64,000 nucleotides of DNA from Candidatus Kaiserbacteria bacterium (GTDB lineage: Bacteria > Patescibacteriota > Minisyncoccia > Phycocordibacterales > JABAAK01): the NCBI GenBank assembly GCA_028820405.1, contig JAPPJI010000021.1, forward strand, positions 2,770 to 66,769, read 5' to 3'. Below the pieces are notes generated by a model that saw only the letters and a list, made by a program, of their open reading frames with translations, was not told where the DNA came from and did not search any database. Positions 49,840-59,360 of this stretch are shown here, piece after piece. The position numbers and the translations under genes are program-made. Position 1 is the stretch's first letter. Every line of letters begins with the position of its first letter.

Positions 49840-50229
49840 TTACAACTCCTGAAAAAATTCTATGATTACCTCCGCCATCCTGTTACACGCCTCGTATGAC
49901 AAATTATTTTCCTTGATGCACTGCACCGTTATCGACCTTTTCAAATCACCATGAAACTGCTCAATGCACCAGGAAGCATCAAACACCTCCTCCCCGTGTT
50001 TTGCCACTTCCTTTTGACAGAAATCATCAATGAACCGTTTAATGTTTTCAAACATCCGCTTCGTATCAGCATCCTGATCAATGCCGTCCCGAAATACTTC
50101 TTTCGTCGGTTCAGCCGAATCGTGATCAGTATCCTGCGAGACAAATGAACTGATACCTCCAACGGCAACTGCACCGGTGACAAGCAGTATGATACTTTTT
50201 GTCTTTCTGCTTCTTGGCACCTCCGTCAT
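49840..50229 (-). CDS. Hypothetical exported protein (4 Cys)
   Basis: N-terminal hydrophobic segment; fills the gap between gatB and gap. Confidence 0.55.
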   Translation of the reverse strand: MTEVPRSRKTKSIILLVTGAVAVGGISSFVSQDTDHDSAEPTKEVFRDGIDQDADTKRMFENIKRFIDDFCQKEVAKHGEEVFDASWCIEQFHGDLKRSITVQCIKENNLSYEACNRMAEVIIEFFQEL

Positions 50230-50238
50230 ACTACTTCA

Positions 50239-51654
50239 TCATCCGTCACTGAGTTTCTGATGCATGATCTCTTGCACCCGAACCGGATTTGCAGATCCTT
50301 TCGTCTCCTTCATAACCTGACCGACCAAAAACTGCAACACCTGTTCCTTGCCGGATCGATACTCGTCAACAACAGCAGGGTTTTGTTCCAGAACGGCGAG
50401 CACAGCTGTGGTGAGTGCATCGTCATCTGAAGTTTGAAAGAGACCCTCCTGCTCGGCAACAGCTTTCGGAGAACCGCCTTGCTTTGCGATAACGGCAATG
50501 GTATCTTTCGCACCCCGTGACGACAGCTCGCCGGCACGAATCATCTGCACCAACTCAGCCATCACCTCACCCGTTATTCGTTCGTATACGGCATCACCAA
50601 CTGTTTCTTCGTACTGCAACACATCAGAGGTGAGATAGTTTGCTATGGTTTTCGCGTCATCGCCGTCAACACGCTGCAGAGCTTCATCAAATATTTCCCC
50701 GAGCTTTTGATTTTTCACCAACAGCGCAGCATGTTTTTCCTGAATGCCGACAGTGTCAGCGTATCGATGCATTCTCTGCACCGGCAGCTCCGGTATTGTC
50801 TTGAGCAGCTCATCACGCTGCCAACCTGAAACATCCCCAAGCACAAGCGACGGTATGTCAGGATCCGGCATATACCGGTACTCCTCTGATGTTTCCTTAA
50901 GCCGCTGTGACACAGTCTTACCCGTATTCTCGTTCCACCCTCTCGTCTCTTGCACCACAGATTCCCCTTTCTCAAGCAGCGACGTCTGCCGCTCTATTTC
51001 ATATGCAATAGACCCCGCAACCGCCTTGAATGAATTCAGGTTCTTCACCTCAACTTTGGTACCGAGATCATCGGTATTGCTTACCGATATGTTCGCCTCA
51101 ACCCGCATCTCTCCCCATTCCATTCTTGCACTTGCCGCACCGAGATACTGCAAGGTCATCTGTAACATCGTGGCAAACGCCGCTGCTTTTTCTGGTGAAT
51201 GTATAACCGGCTCAGTCACCAGCTCCATAAGCGGCACCCCCGACCGATTGAAATCAATCGCAGAACCCTGCGTGCAAACATCATGCGAACTTTTTGCCGT
51301 GTCTTCTTCAAGGTGAATTCGCTGAATGCCGACATCAAGAAGCATGGCATGTTTGACTAACGGGTGTTCGTACTGACTGATCTGATACCCTTTCGGAATG
51401 TCGGGATAGAAGTAGTGTTTTCGATCGAACTTGGTGTCCGATGCAAGGTCTCCCCCCAATGCGGCACCGATCCTGAGCACATGCTCAATAGCTTTCTTAT
51501 TGATATACGGCAGTGCACCGGGATAGCCGATGCAGACCGGACAGACATGCATGTTCGTCTCCGCACTGCTCGGATCATTCTTGCAGCCGCAAAAAAGCTT
51601 GCTCTCCGTCAAAAGCTCAACGTGCACCTCAAGTCCGATCGTCGGTTTATACAT
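50239..51654 (-). CDS. gatB: Asp/Glu-tRNA amidotransferase subunit B
   Basis: IGLEVHVEL, YFYPDIPKGYQISQ, HLEED, EVKNLNSF. Confidence 0.98.
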   Translation of the reverse strand: MYKPTIGLEVHVELLTESKLFCGCKNDPSSAETNMHVCPVCIGYPGALPYINKKAIEHVLRIGAALGGDLASDTKFDRKHYFYPDIPKGYQISQYEHPLVKHAMLLDVGIQRIHLEEDTAKSSHDVCTQGSAIDFNRSGVPLMELVTEPVIHSPEKAAAFATMLQMTLQYLGAASARMEWGEMRVEANISVSNTDDLGTKVEVKNLNSFKAVAGSIAYEIERQTSLLEKGESVVQETRGWNENTGKTVSQRLKETSEEYRYMPDPDIPSLVLGDVSGWQRDELLKTIPELPVQRMHRYADTVGIQEKHAALLVKNQKLGEIFDEALQRVDGDDAKTIANYLTSDVLQYEETVGDAVYERITGEVMAELVQMIRAGELSSRGAKDTIAVIAKQGGSPKAVAEQEGLFQTSDDDALTTAVLAVLEQNPAVVDEYRSGKEQVLQFLVGQVMKETKGSANPVRVQEIMHQKLSDG

Positions 51655-51679
51655 GCTCACCAGTATAGCAGAGCACACT

Positions 51680-52645
51680 CTACCGCCGCTTTGAGCCGGA
51701 AACTCTTCGAATGATTTCTTTTCCCACCTTCATGACTGAATCGTCATCAAGCACTGTCAGGGTTAACGTGCCCGGCGGCAGTGCACGCAATTTTTCCTGC
51801 ACCGCAGACTCGCTCACGGTATCAGTCTTTGAGAGCACAACCATCTCTTCCTTTTTTCCAAGATCGCGGCGATATGCACTGAGCTCACCCCGAACGGTCT
51901 GGTACGCACCCGCAACATCTTCTTCCGCTGACACAAGATGGACGAGTACCTTCGTGCGTGAGATATGTTTCAAAAATGAATGACCCAGCCCTTTCCCTTC
52001 AGAGGCATGCTCAATGATACCGGGGATGTCGGCAAGCGTGTAACCGTTGTAGACACCGAGGTTCGGGTCCAGCGTGGTAAACGGGTACGCACCGACACCT
52101 GCACGTGCATTGGTGAGGGCGTTGAGGAACGATGACTTCCCTGCATTTGGCAAACCGATGATGCCTGCTTCCGCAATCATGTTCAGTTCGATGAAAAACG
52201 TATACGATTGGGGCTCCTGTCCGCTCGTTGCCGTCATCGGCGTTGTGTTCCGAGAACTCTTAAAATGTGCATTGCCGAGACCGCCGGCTCCGCCGGATGC
52301 CACCAGCACCTTTTCTCCTTCCTCAAGGAGTTCAAACGTCTCGCGAGTCACCGTATTTGTAACAATGGATCCGATCGGCACGGATACAACGAGATCAGAA
52401 CCATTTTTCCCGGACTGCAGATTGCCGCTGCCGTCCGTACCGTTCTCTGCCTGCATTACCTTTCTTTCTGCATATCGACCCAGGGCAAAAATATCACGAA
52501 CCGTCTGAACATAGACGTCGCCGCCACGACCGCCATTCCCGCCGTCCGGTCCTCCTTTGGGAACGTACTTTCTTCTCAGCCAGTGGACACTCCCGTCGCC
52601 GCCACGACCGCCCGACAGTGTCAATGTTCTCTCGTCAACCAACAT
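51680..52645 (-). CDS. obgE: GTPase Obg
   Basis: GGPDGGNGGRGG, GLPNAGKSS, YPFTTL, DIPG. Confidence 0.97.
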   Translation of the reverse strand: MLVDERTLTLSGGRGGDGSVHWLRRKYVPKGGPDGGNGGRGGDVYVQTVRDIFALGRYAERKVMQAENGTDGSGNLQSGKNGSDLVVSVPIGSIVTNTVTRETFELLEEGEKVLVASGGAGGLGNAHFKSSRNTTPMTATSGQEPQSYTFFIELNMIAEAGIIGLPNAGKSSFLNALTNARAGVGAYPFTTLDPNLGVYNGYTLADIPGIIEHASEGKGLGHSFLKHISRTKVLVHLVSAEEDVAGAYQTVRGELSAYRRDLGKKEEMVVLSKTDTVSESAVQEKLRALPPGTLTLTVLDDDSVMKVGKEIIRRVSGSKRR

Positions 52646-52649
52646 ACCG

Positions 52650-53006
52650 TTATCGCATTACTTTTCGTAATATCCCAAGCATGCCACCGAGAAGAACTCC
52701 GTGCAACCACGAGGTAACTATGAATGGATCAAAGAAATGTGCAATGGTGTAGACAATACCGACAGAGAGAGCGATGGAGGTGAGACCGAAGGTGATGAGA
52801 CGAAGCGGTGTGAGGAGTACCTTGAGAACAGGATGAATGGCAATATCAATGATAACAACAATAATGGTGAGGAAAAGAAATGAGGCAACATAGTCGTATC
52901 CGTCTCCGGTCAATGAAATACCGCTGAGGTAGTGCAAACCTGCATACAGAACCGCACCGGTTAAAAGGAGGCGGAACAGAATTCTTTGCACGAGACCACC
53001 AAGCAT
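52650..53006 (-). CDS. 4-TM putative holin-family (DUF360-like) membrane protein
   Basis: HPVLKVLLTPLRLITFGL signature. Confidence 0.7.
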   Translation of the reverse strand: MLGGLVQRILFRLLLTGAVLYAGLHYLSGISLTGDGYDYVASFLFLTIIVVIIDIAIHPVLKVLLTPLRLITFGLTSIALSVGIVYTIAHFFDPFIVTSWLHGVLLGGMLGILRKVMR

Positions 53007-53024
53007 AGGTGCAGTATATCGCAC

Positions 53025-53468
53025 CTATCGCCTCACCTTGTTTGTTTCAAGGTGATTTTCAGTGATGGCAACGACATAGAACACCCTCTTACTCTCAATA
53101 CTAAAATGAAAAATCCGTGACTTTCCTTGCAGTTTGATCTCTTTCAAGTCAACATCATCAGGAAGTCCGCTGAAGAGCTTTTTATACTCACCATCCCGCC
53201 TCACCGGCTTATACTGCAATGAGTATTTTTGATAATCAGCCGGCGATCGAATTTCTGTCCCAACCTTTTTGAGAACCTCAAGAGTTTTTTTTGCCTTGTT
53301 CCCTTTCAAAACGGAGAGGTTGCCCACCTTATCGTTATACGTCGCAAATGAAATAACATACGGCATTGCCTCCGGTGCTTCCGTTTCCTGAGAGACCTCG
53401 TTAACTTTTTGAGGAATCTTTATACGTCCACCAGCCGTTTTCGTTACCGGTCTCGGAATACTTGACAT
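53025..53468 (-). CDS. Putative Panacea-associated toxin, RelE-like C-terminal pattern
   Basis: Directly downstream of Panacea; LKEIKLQGKSRIFHF..RVFYVVAITENH; basic. Confidence 0.55.
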   Translation of the reverse strand: MSSIPRPVTKTAGGRIKIPQKVNEVSQETEAPEAMPYVISFATYNDKVGNLSVLKGNKAKKTLEVLKKVGTEIRSPADYQKYSLQYKPVRRDGEYKKLFSGLPDDVDLKEIKLQGKSRIFHFSIESKRVFYVVAITENHLETNKVRR

Positions 53469-53474
53469 TGACCG

Positions 53475-53960
53475 TTATTTTACTGCCAACCCTTCCATCT
53501 TTGCGGTATAGAAAGCTTTCATGTCTCTGCGAGGTATCTCCCTGTCCGAGATCTCATGCTCATTAAGACCGTTTCTTGCATCCTGCCACGGCTTCTCTGA
53601 GTGGGTAAGGAATTCCAGGTACGCAGCATCAAACGAACCGTACACATCCCACACCTCGTCGATAACGTGCTTGCCTTTGGGAGGAATGCTGATACTTTTT
53701 TCATCAACTACTTCATCTATCGGATCAAACCCATACCGCTTATACCGCAAATACAAACTTCGCACCGCCGGACCATGAACCCACGCCTCGATAGGATCAT
53801 TGAAAAGTTTTTTCCCGTTCAATACGAGAGACCACGCCTGAGAATAGTACACGAGCTTTTGCAGCTTCTTGTTCGTTAATGGTTTCTTCTCTGCTCCCGC
53901 ACGATAGATAAGGTATCGTCCAACATCAAGAGCGGTGACTGTTTTTCTTTGCGTACCCAT
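53475..53960 (-). CDS. Panacea (DUF4065/GepA) antitoxin
   Basis: LTNKKLQKLVYYSQAW, IEAWVHGPAV, LTHSEKPW. Confidence 0.92.
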   Translation of the reverse strand: MGTQRKTVTALDVGRYLIYRAGAEKKPLTNKKLQKLVYYSQAWSLVLNGKKLFNDPIEAWVHGPAVRSLYLRYKRYGFDPIDEVVDEKSISIPPKGKHVIDEVWDVYGSFDAAYLEFLTHSEKPWQDARNGLNEHEISDREIPRRDMKAFYTAKMEGLAVK

Positions 53961-54014
53961 ACTTAGATACACTCTGCCTGATTCGTAAGGAAAAAGAAAG
54001 GATCGATGCAGAAC

Positions 54015-56288
54015 TTACTCCTCCGCCACTTTCGCAACACTTTGCAATGACTCCTTCACCTTCTCTTTCACGTGATCCCAGAATCCCTGGAACAGACGGG
54101 CACCTTCCCGCTTGTACTCCATCAACGGTTCACGCTGTCCGTACGATCGCAAGTTTGCACTGCTCCGTGCGTAGTCCATCAATTCCAAGTGTTCCATCCA
54201 TGCAACGTCAATACTGCGAAGCACCGCACGACGAAGCGTCTCTGTCGGCACTGCTTCTCCGTTTTCTCCGACAAGATCGTCACGAGAAAAAAAGTCAGCG
54301 AGCACACCTTGGTCATCAGTGAGAAGCATTGATCGGCGTTTTTTGTATACCTCAGACCGATGTTTATCGAGCACCGTATCATACTCAAGACTGAACCGAC
54401 GCGAATCAAAGTGGTGCCCTTCAATACGTTTCTGTGCACTTTCAATCGACTTTGATATCATCTTATTCTGTATCGCCTGGTCTTCCGGAAGACCCATCTT
54501 CTGTGCAACAGAACGAATCCTGTCAGATCCGAAGATGCGTGCCAGGTCATCCTCAAGAGAAATGAAGAACTGTGTCTCACCCTCATCACCCTGCCGTCCG
54601 CAGCGACCGCGAAGCTGATCATCAATACGACGTGACTCATGCCGTTCGGTACCGAGCACAAAGAGTCCGCCCAACTTTTTGATATCTTCAGGACGATCAG
54701 CACCGTCCGCACCGCCAAGCTTAATGTCCACACCACGACCGGCGAGGTTCGTTGCAATCGTCACCATCCCGCGACGGCCCGCCTGTGCGATAACCTCTCC
54801 TTCCTGTTCATGATTTTTTGCATTCAGCACTTCATGCGGCACTTTCTTCTTTTTGAGCCGCTTTGAGATCTCTTCACTGTGATCAATAGATGTTGTCCCG
54901 ACCAGCACCGGCTGCCCTTTTTCGTGGAGCTCCTGTATTTTTTTCACCGCCGCACGGAGTTTCGCCGGTCTCGTCGAATAAATAACATCGGAGTGATCAA
55001 CCCGCTGCACCGGTTTGTTTGTCGGAATTGAGAGCACCGGCACTTTGTACACTTTGTAGAACTCTTCTTCTGAAGAGAGGGCGGTTCCGGTCATCCCTGC
55101 GAGCTTATCGTACATGCGAAAGTAGTTTTGAAAGGTTATTGACGCATAGGTTCGTGTCTCCTGCTGCACCTTGACCCCCTCTTTCGCCTCAATAGCCTGG
55201 TGCAACCCTTCACTCCATTGCCGTCCCGGCTGCAGCCGTCCCGTGAACTCGTCGACGATAACGATGGATCCGTCCCGAACAACGTACTGTCGATCTTTGG
55301 TAAAGAGAGATTTTGCCTTGAGGGCATTCTGAAGGTAGTGAACCGCACGCTGCGATCCTTCAACGTATACGTTCTCTACCTTGAGAATACGCTCAAACTT
55401 TTGTATACCGTCCGGTGTCAATGATACCGCACGCTGTTTCTCATCAATGGTATAGTCTTTTTCTTCCTCAAGTGTGTCCGCAAATGTCGCAAACTGTGTG
55501 TAGTGGGAAGCGGGTATCTCAACCGGACTTGATATGATAAGCGGGCTTCGTGCTTCGTCAATGAGAATGGAGTCCACTTCGTCAACAATTGCAAAGTGAA
55601 ACCCCCGATGACGAATGTTATCTTTCTCGTACTCAATGTTGTCTCTGAGGTAGTCAAAGACAAACTCGTTGTTCGTACCGTACACAATGTCTGATGCATA
55701 CACATCCTTTCGGGGTACGTCCCGCAAAAACTCATGCACCACTTTATACGCTCCTTCTTCATCACGCTCTTTGTCGTGGTCACGGTGGTCCGGGTCATAT
55801 CGATACGACTGGTTCTGACTGTTCACGACACCGACGGTCATGCCGAGAAAGGAAAATACCTGCCCCATCCATACCGCATCACGACGGGCAAGGTAGTCAT
55901 TAACGGTCACGATGTGCACAGAATTGCCGGACAGTGCATTGAGGTACGCAGGAAGCACTGCAACGAGTGTTTTTCCCTCACCGGTCCGCATTTCTGCAAT
56001 TGATCCGTTGTGAATTGCCATGCCGCCAATGACTTGCACATTAAACGGATCCATGCCCGTTGTTCGCCGAGCGGCCTCACAGACAACTGCAAATGCCTCT
56101 TCGAGAATACTATCAAGCGTTGCACCGCCTTTTACTGCCACACGAAAATCATCAGTTTTCTTCCGTAGTGCGTCATCCGACTCTTTAGCGAGTTCTTTCC
56201 GGCGAGATTCAATAGCTGCAACGGATGCTTTCACCCGACGCACGTACCGTTTTGATTCCGTTCCGAGGATGAAATCAAGGAGAGCCAT
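54015..56288 (-). CDS. secA: Preprotein translocase SecA (compact)
   Basis: EMRTGEGKT, TVNDYLARRD, VDEVDSILIDEAR, QLRGRCGRQGD. Confidence 0.98.
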   Translation of the reverse strand: MALLDFILGTESKRYVRRVKASVAAIESRRKELAKESDDALRKKTDDFRVAVKGGATLDSILEEAFAVVCEAARRTTGMDPFNVQVIGGMAIHNGSIAEMRTGEGKTLVAVLPAYLNALSGNSVHIVTVNDYLARRDAVWMGQVFSFLGMTVGVVNSQNQSYRYDPDHRDHDKERDEEGAYKVVHEFLRDVPRKDVYASDIVYGTNNEFVFDYLRDNIEYEKDNIRHRGFHFAIVDEVDSILIDEARSPLIISSPVEIPASHYTQFATFADTLEEEKDYTIDEKQRAVSLTPDGIQKFERILKVENVYVEGSQRAVHYLQNALKAKSLFTKDRQYVVRDGSIVIVDEFTGRLQPGRQWSEGLHQAIEAKEGVKVQQETRTYASITFQNYFRMYDKLAGMTGTALSSEEEFYKVYKVPVLSIPTNKPVQRVDHSDVIYSTRPAKLRAAVKKIQELHEKGQPVLVGTTSIDHSEEISKRLKKKKVPHEVLNAKNHEQEGEVIAQAGRRGMVTIATNLAGRGVDIKLGGADGADRPEDIKKLGGLFVLGTERHESRRIDDQLRGRCGRQGDEGETQFFISLEDDLARIFGSDRIRSVAQKMGLPEDQAIQNKMISKSIESAQKRIEGHHFDSRRFSLEYDTVLDKHRSEVYKKRRSMLLTDDQGVLADFFSRDDLVGENGEAVPTETLRRAVLRSIDVAWMEHLELMDYARSSANLRSYGQREPLMEYKREGARLFQGFWDHVKEKVKESLQSVAKVAEE

Positions 56289-56339
56289 ATACGAGATATA
56301 TAGTATATGCGGTACACGCTCCTGTACACCCCTGCAAGA

Positions 56340-56367
56340 CAAAAACACCCGCACATGGGTGTTTTTG
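56340..56367. terminator. Bidirectional-type terminator downstream of the small basic protein gene
   Basis: caaaaacaccc-gcacat-gggtgtttttg. Confidence 0.75.
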
Positions 56368-56409
56368 CCAACCGTCGCATGCGACGATTTGTAAAAGAAC
56401 GTCCTACAC

Positions 56410-56619
56410 TTATCCTCGAGAACGACGTTTGGTTGTCCTCCTCTTCTTTGCCGGGGCCTTCTTGGCTGAGCGCTTTGTGCTCCTCCTCTTCATGCTTCTC
56501 TTTTTTGTCGAAGACTTTTTAGCGGTCTTTCTTCGTGTCGTTCGCTTCTTCATCGAACGCTTTTTCATTGAGCGTTTCTTTGTCGCTGTCTTCTTCATTG
56601 ATCGCCTTCTTTTCATCAT
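56410..56619 (-). CDS. Protamine/histone H1-like small basic protein
   Basis: 38 of 69 residues K/R, no D/E; four RSMK units with differing codons; own terminator. Confidence 0.75.
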   Translation of the reverse strand: MMKRRRSMKKTATKKRSMKKRSMKKRTTRRKTAKKSSTKKRSMKRRSTKRSAKKAPAKKRRTTKRRSRG

Positions 56620-56740
56620 TGTGCTTTGTTTATATTTTTAATGGACCTAGCTAGGCAGGTCTACTGTCATTATCGTAACTTTGTGCACTGTTTTATAAAA
56701 CAACGTAACAATATGTGGAAAACTTTTTTATCTGCTGCAT

Positions 56741-57445
56741 TTATGTTTCTTCTTTTTTATCTGCAAGAAAAAGTGGTGATGCAAGTAACGCACTCACACC
56801 GAGAAGAACAGAAAACCACAACAGCAGTGTTGTGTGTGCGTTTCGTTTTGTTTCTTTTTGCTGTACCGGCACGGTTTTTTCTTTCTCTGTTGTAAATAAC
56901 GCTGCGGCAACTGCATCTTTTTTCTCTTCCTCACTCGGCAACGGTGACAGTGACGGCTGTTTTGAGATAAAGGTATCTTCTCTTGTCACATGCAACGCAT
57001 TGCCGTCACCTCGTGCACCGTCACTATTGGCATATGAAACCGTGTGCACCGGCACCCTTTCTCGAATAATTGATATCGTTGCACCGTTATTGAGCAGTGA
57101 GAAATTCCCCGAATCAATCAGCATTCCTTGATATGCATAGTTCTGCAGAAACTGCTCAGGGCGGGAGACAATCACCGCAGTGCTACCCGGTCGGAGCACT
57201 GCTGAACCGACACTTTCGCGGAGCCGGTGATCTTTTTTGTCAGAACGTGATGAAAAACGGAAGTCGGTCAGAGAGATTGCGGATGAACCGACATTTTGCA
57301 CCACAACATACTCCCGACCGTCATCACCTCCCGGAGCGTTGTACATAATCTCAGTAATGCGAACCGATGCAAACACTGCGGTCGGAATAAGTGCAAAAAA
57401 CAAGGCGACAAACAACGCGGCTCTGCTCCCTCCCCTGGCTATCAT
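56741..57445 (-). CDS. Lamin-tail-domain surface protein
   Basis: Signal peptide; VRITEIMYN..GREYV..LLNNG; C-terminal TM. Confidence 0.8.
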   Translation of the reverse strand: MIARGGSRAALFVALFFALIPTAVFASVRITEIMYNAPGGDDGREYVVVQNVGSSAISLTDFRFSSRSDKKDHRLRESVGSAVLRPGSTAVIVSRPEQFLQNYAYQGMLIDSGNFSLLNNGATISIIRERVPVHTVSYANSDGARGDGNALHVTREDTFISKQPSLSPLPSEEEKKDAVAAALFTTEKEKTVPVQQKETKRNAHTTLLLWFSVLLGVSALLASPLFLADKKEET

Positions 57446-57446
57446 G

Positions 57447-57523
57447 TGGTGCGAATGGTAGGATTTGAACCTACGACCTCTCCATTATCAGTGGAGTGCT
57501 CTAACCAACTGAGCTACATTCGC
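57447..57523 (-). tRNA. tRNA-Ile(GAT)
   Basis: GCGAATG/CATTCGC-A-CCA; anticodon arm CTCCA-CTGATAA-TGGAG; T loop TTCAAAT. Confidence 0.93.
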
Positions 57524-57582
57524 CTGCCTAAGACACGTACATAATATCACTCTTTTGAAAAAAGGGACAAGACTGTTTTGTG

Positions 57583-57655
57583 AGCCACCTGTCGGACTTG
57601 AACCGACGACCTGTGCGTTACGAATGCACTGCTCTACCAACTGAGCTAAGGTGGC
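57583..57655 (-). tRNA. tRNA-Thr(CGT)
   Basis: GCCACCT/AGGTGGC-T; loop TTCGTAA (A31-C39 mismatch); T loop TTCAAGT; CCA not encoded. Confidence 0.9.
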
Positions 57656-57679
57656 ATTGTCCTTTTCCCATCATATCAT

Positions 57680-59359
57680 TTATACACTTTCTTTCGAACG
57701 GTCCTCCTCTTGCAGGTCACCAAGTGACACCCAGCCGTCCTCGTAGCGGATCGGCGGCGCTTCTTTTTCCTCTTCCTTCTTCGGCACCTGCAGCGGCTTC
57801 GGCATACCGCTCATCTTTGCCTCCTGAATACTGTTTCGCAATTCAGATGCGTCCTCCTTCCTGTCATCAGACCGCTGCTGCTTCTGATCAGGTTTCTGCT
57901 TATCAGCACGATCATCTCTTCGTTCCCTGCCGCCCAGTGCATCTCGAACCGCTTTTGTAACTCCTCTTTGCGGTGCCTTCCCTTTCTGCCCCGGCTTCTT
58001 GAACGCTCCTCTACCACCCGGTTTTTCTTTCTTCTCTTTCCAATCCTGCTCAATATTCTTTCGCACCTGGTCTTCAATCTCTTCCCGATCAACACCGTAC
58101 TGCTGCATTGACTGTTTGATAACCTGGTCAGCGATAGAAACGGGTGGTGGTGCCGGCTTCATGTATGTCCGGGCAGAAAATGGCGTTGATCCTGCACCGC
58201 CAATATTGAGTGTGAGGAACATGTGGAACCGCGGGAGTGCGACGAGATCTTCCTCCGTTACCGCCGGTGCAAATTGTTTTGCAATGACCTCGGCATCAAC
58301 GGGACCGACGCGGAACGAAATAAAGGTGCCGACGTTACCGAACACTGCATCACGAATCGCATTCCCGTCACCTGAATCACCGCTGTATATTTGACCGATG
58401 TACTGGTGTGCAAGGATGAGGTTGAGTTTGTATTTTCTCGCCTCAGACAAAATGCTGCTGAATGTCGAGTTTGCAAATGACTGAAACTCGTCGACGTAAA
58501 AGTTGCAGGCAGGCGTCGCATCAAGTTGTTGTGGTGAGAGGTCACTTCGCGAGAGTGCGGAGAGGTAGATCTTGGTGGTAAAAAGGATACCGAGCATGCG
58601 TGCATTGTTGTCTCCGATCCGCCCCTTTGAAAGATTCACTAAAAGCACTTTCCCCTCATCCATCACCTGCCGAAAGTTAAACGCTGATTTCTTTTGACCG
58701 ATAATGTTTCGCATCAGCGGGTTTGAGGTAAACTGTCCGAGTTTGTTTTGAATGGCCGGCGTTGCATCCTGTACGTACCGTTCAGAATAGTTCGCATACT
58801 CATCAACCCAGTACCGACGAACCTGCGGATCTTTCACATTCTCAACAACTTTTGTTCGAAAATCTTTACTCGAGTACATACGACCGACGTCAAGCAGTGT
58901 CGTACCCGGATACTCAAGCAGTGCGAGGAGCGTATTTTGTAAAATGTAGGCCATGCGATCAGACCACGACGTCTCTCCCCAGATTTTTTCAAACGATGCC
59001 ATGAGACTGCTGACAACATGGTGCCGATGATCATACCCGACGTCTTCCATAATATTGAGACCAATCGGCCGATCCTGCAGGTGAGGGGCAAAATAAATGA
59101 CCCGATCCAAACTGTTCGGCGTGACATACTCCAAAAGACTGTCGACAGACTGACCGTGCGGGTCCATAAAGATGAGTCCTTCGCCGTTCTCCATGTCCTG
59201 CATGGCAAGCATCTCAAGAAACGTTGACTTTCCCGTTCCCGTCTGACCGATAACGTAGATGTGTCGGGAGCGATCCTCTTCCCGAATACCGAATCGAATC
59301 ACCTCACCACGTTTCTCCGTTTCTCCGATAAATACTTTTCTGTCAGGATCGTAGGTCAT
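57680..59359 (-). CDS. VirD4/TraG-like (HerA/FtsK superfamily) ATPase
   Basis: Walker A GQTGTGKST, DPHG, Walker B FYVDEFQ, SEARKY, LAHQY. Confidence 0.85.
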   Translation of the reverse strand: MTYDPDRKVFIGETEKRGEVIRFGIREEDRSRHIYVIGQTGTGKSTFLEMLAMQDMENGEGLIFMDPHGQSVDSLLEYVTPNSLDRVIYFAPHLQDRPIGLNIMEDVGYDHRHHVVSSLMASFEKIWGETSWSDRMAYILQNTLLALLEYPGTTLLDVGRMYSSKDFRTKVVENVKDPQVRRYWVDEYANYSERYVQDATPAIQNKLGQFTSNPLMRNIIGQKKSAFNFRQVMDEGKVLLVNLSKGRIGDNNARMLGILFTTKIYLSALSRSDLSPQQLDATPACNFYVDEFQSFANSTFSSILSEARKYKLNLILAHQYIGQIYSGDSGDGNAIRDAVFGNVGTFISFRVGPVDAEVIAKQFAPAVTEEDLVALPRFHMFLTLNIGGAGSTPFSARTYMKPAPPPVSIADQVIKQSMQQYGVDREEIEDQVRKNIEQDWKEKKEKPGGRGAFKKPGQKGKAPQRGVTKAVRDALGGRERRDDRADKQKPDQKQQRSDDRKEDASELRNSIQEAKMSGMPKPLQVPKKEEEKEAPPIRYEDGWVSLGDLQEEDRSKESV

Positions 59360-59360
59360 A

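Noticed and set aside
53011-53025. gcagtatatcgcacc matches 5144-5158 at 14/15 and both abut Panacea modules, suggesting a shared att site
   Set aside because: Both are extended -10 promoters matching the local consensus, and their orientation relative to the modules is inconsistent
52650-53960. Prophage remnant suggested by the holin-like gene and TA pair
   Set aside because: No integrase, structural or replication genes; this membrane family is common in non-phage contexts
56429-56641. Phe-rich plus-strand ORF
   Set aside because: Antisense mirror of the Lys/Arg codons of the basic protein
57447-59359. Integrative conjugative element at the tRNA pair
   Set aside because: No integrase, relaxase, VirB4 or duplicated tRNA end seen
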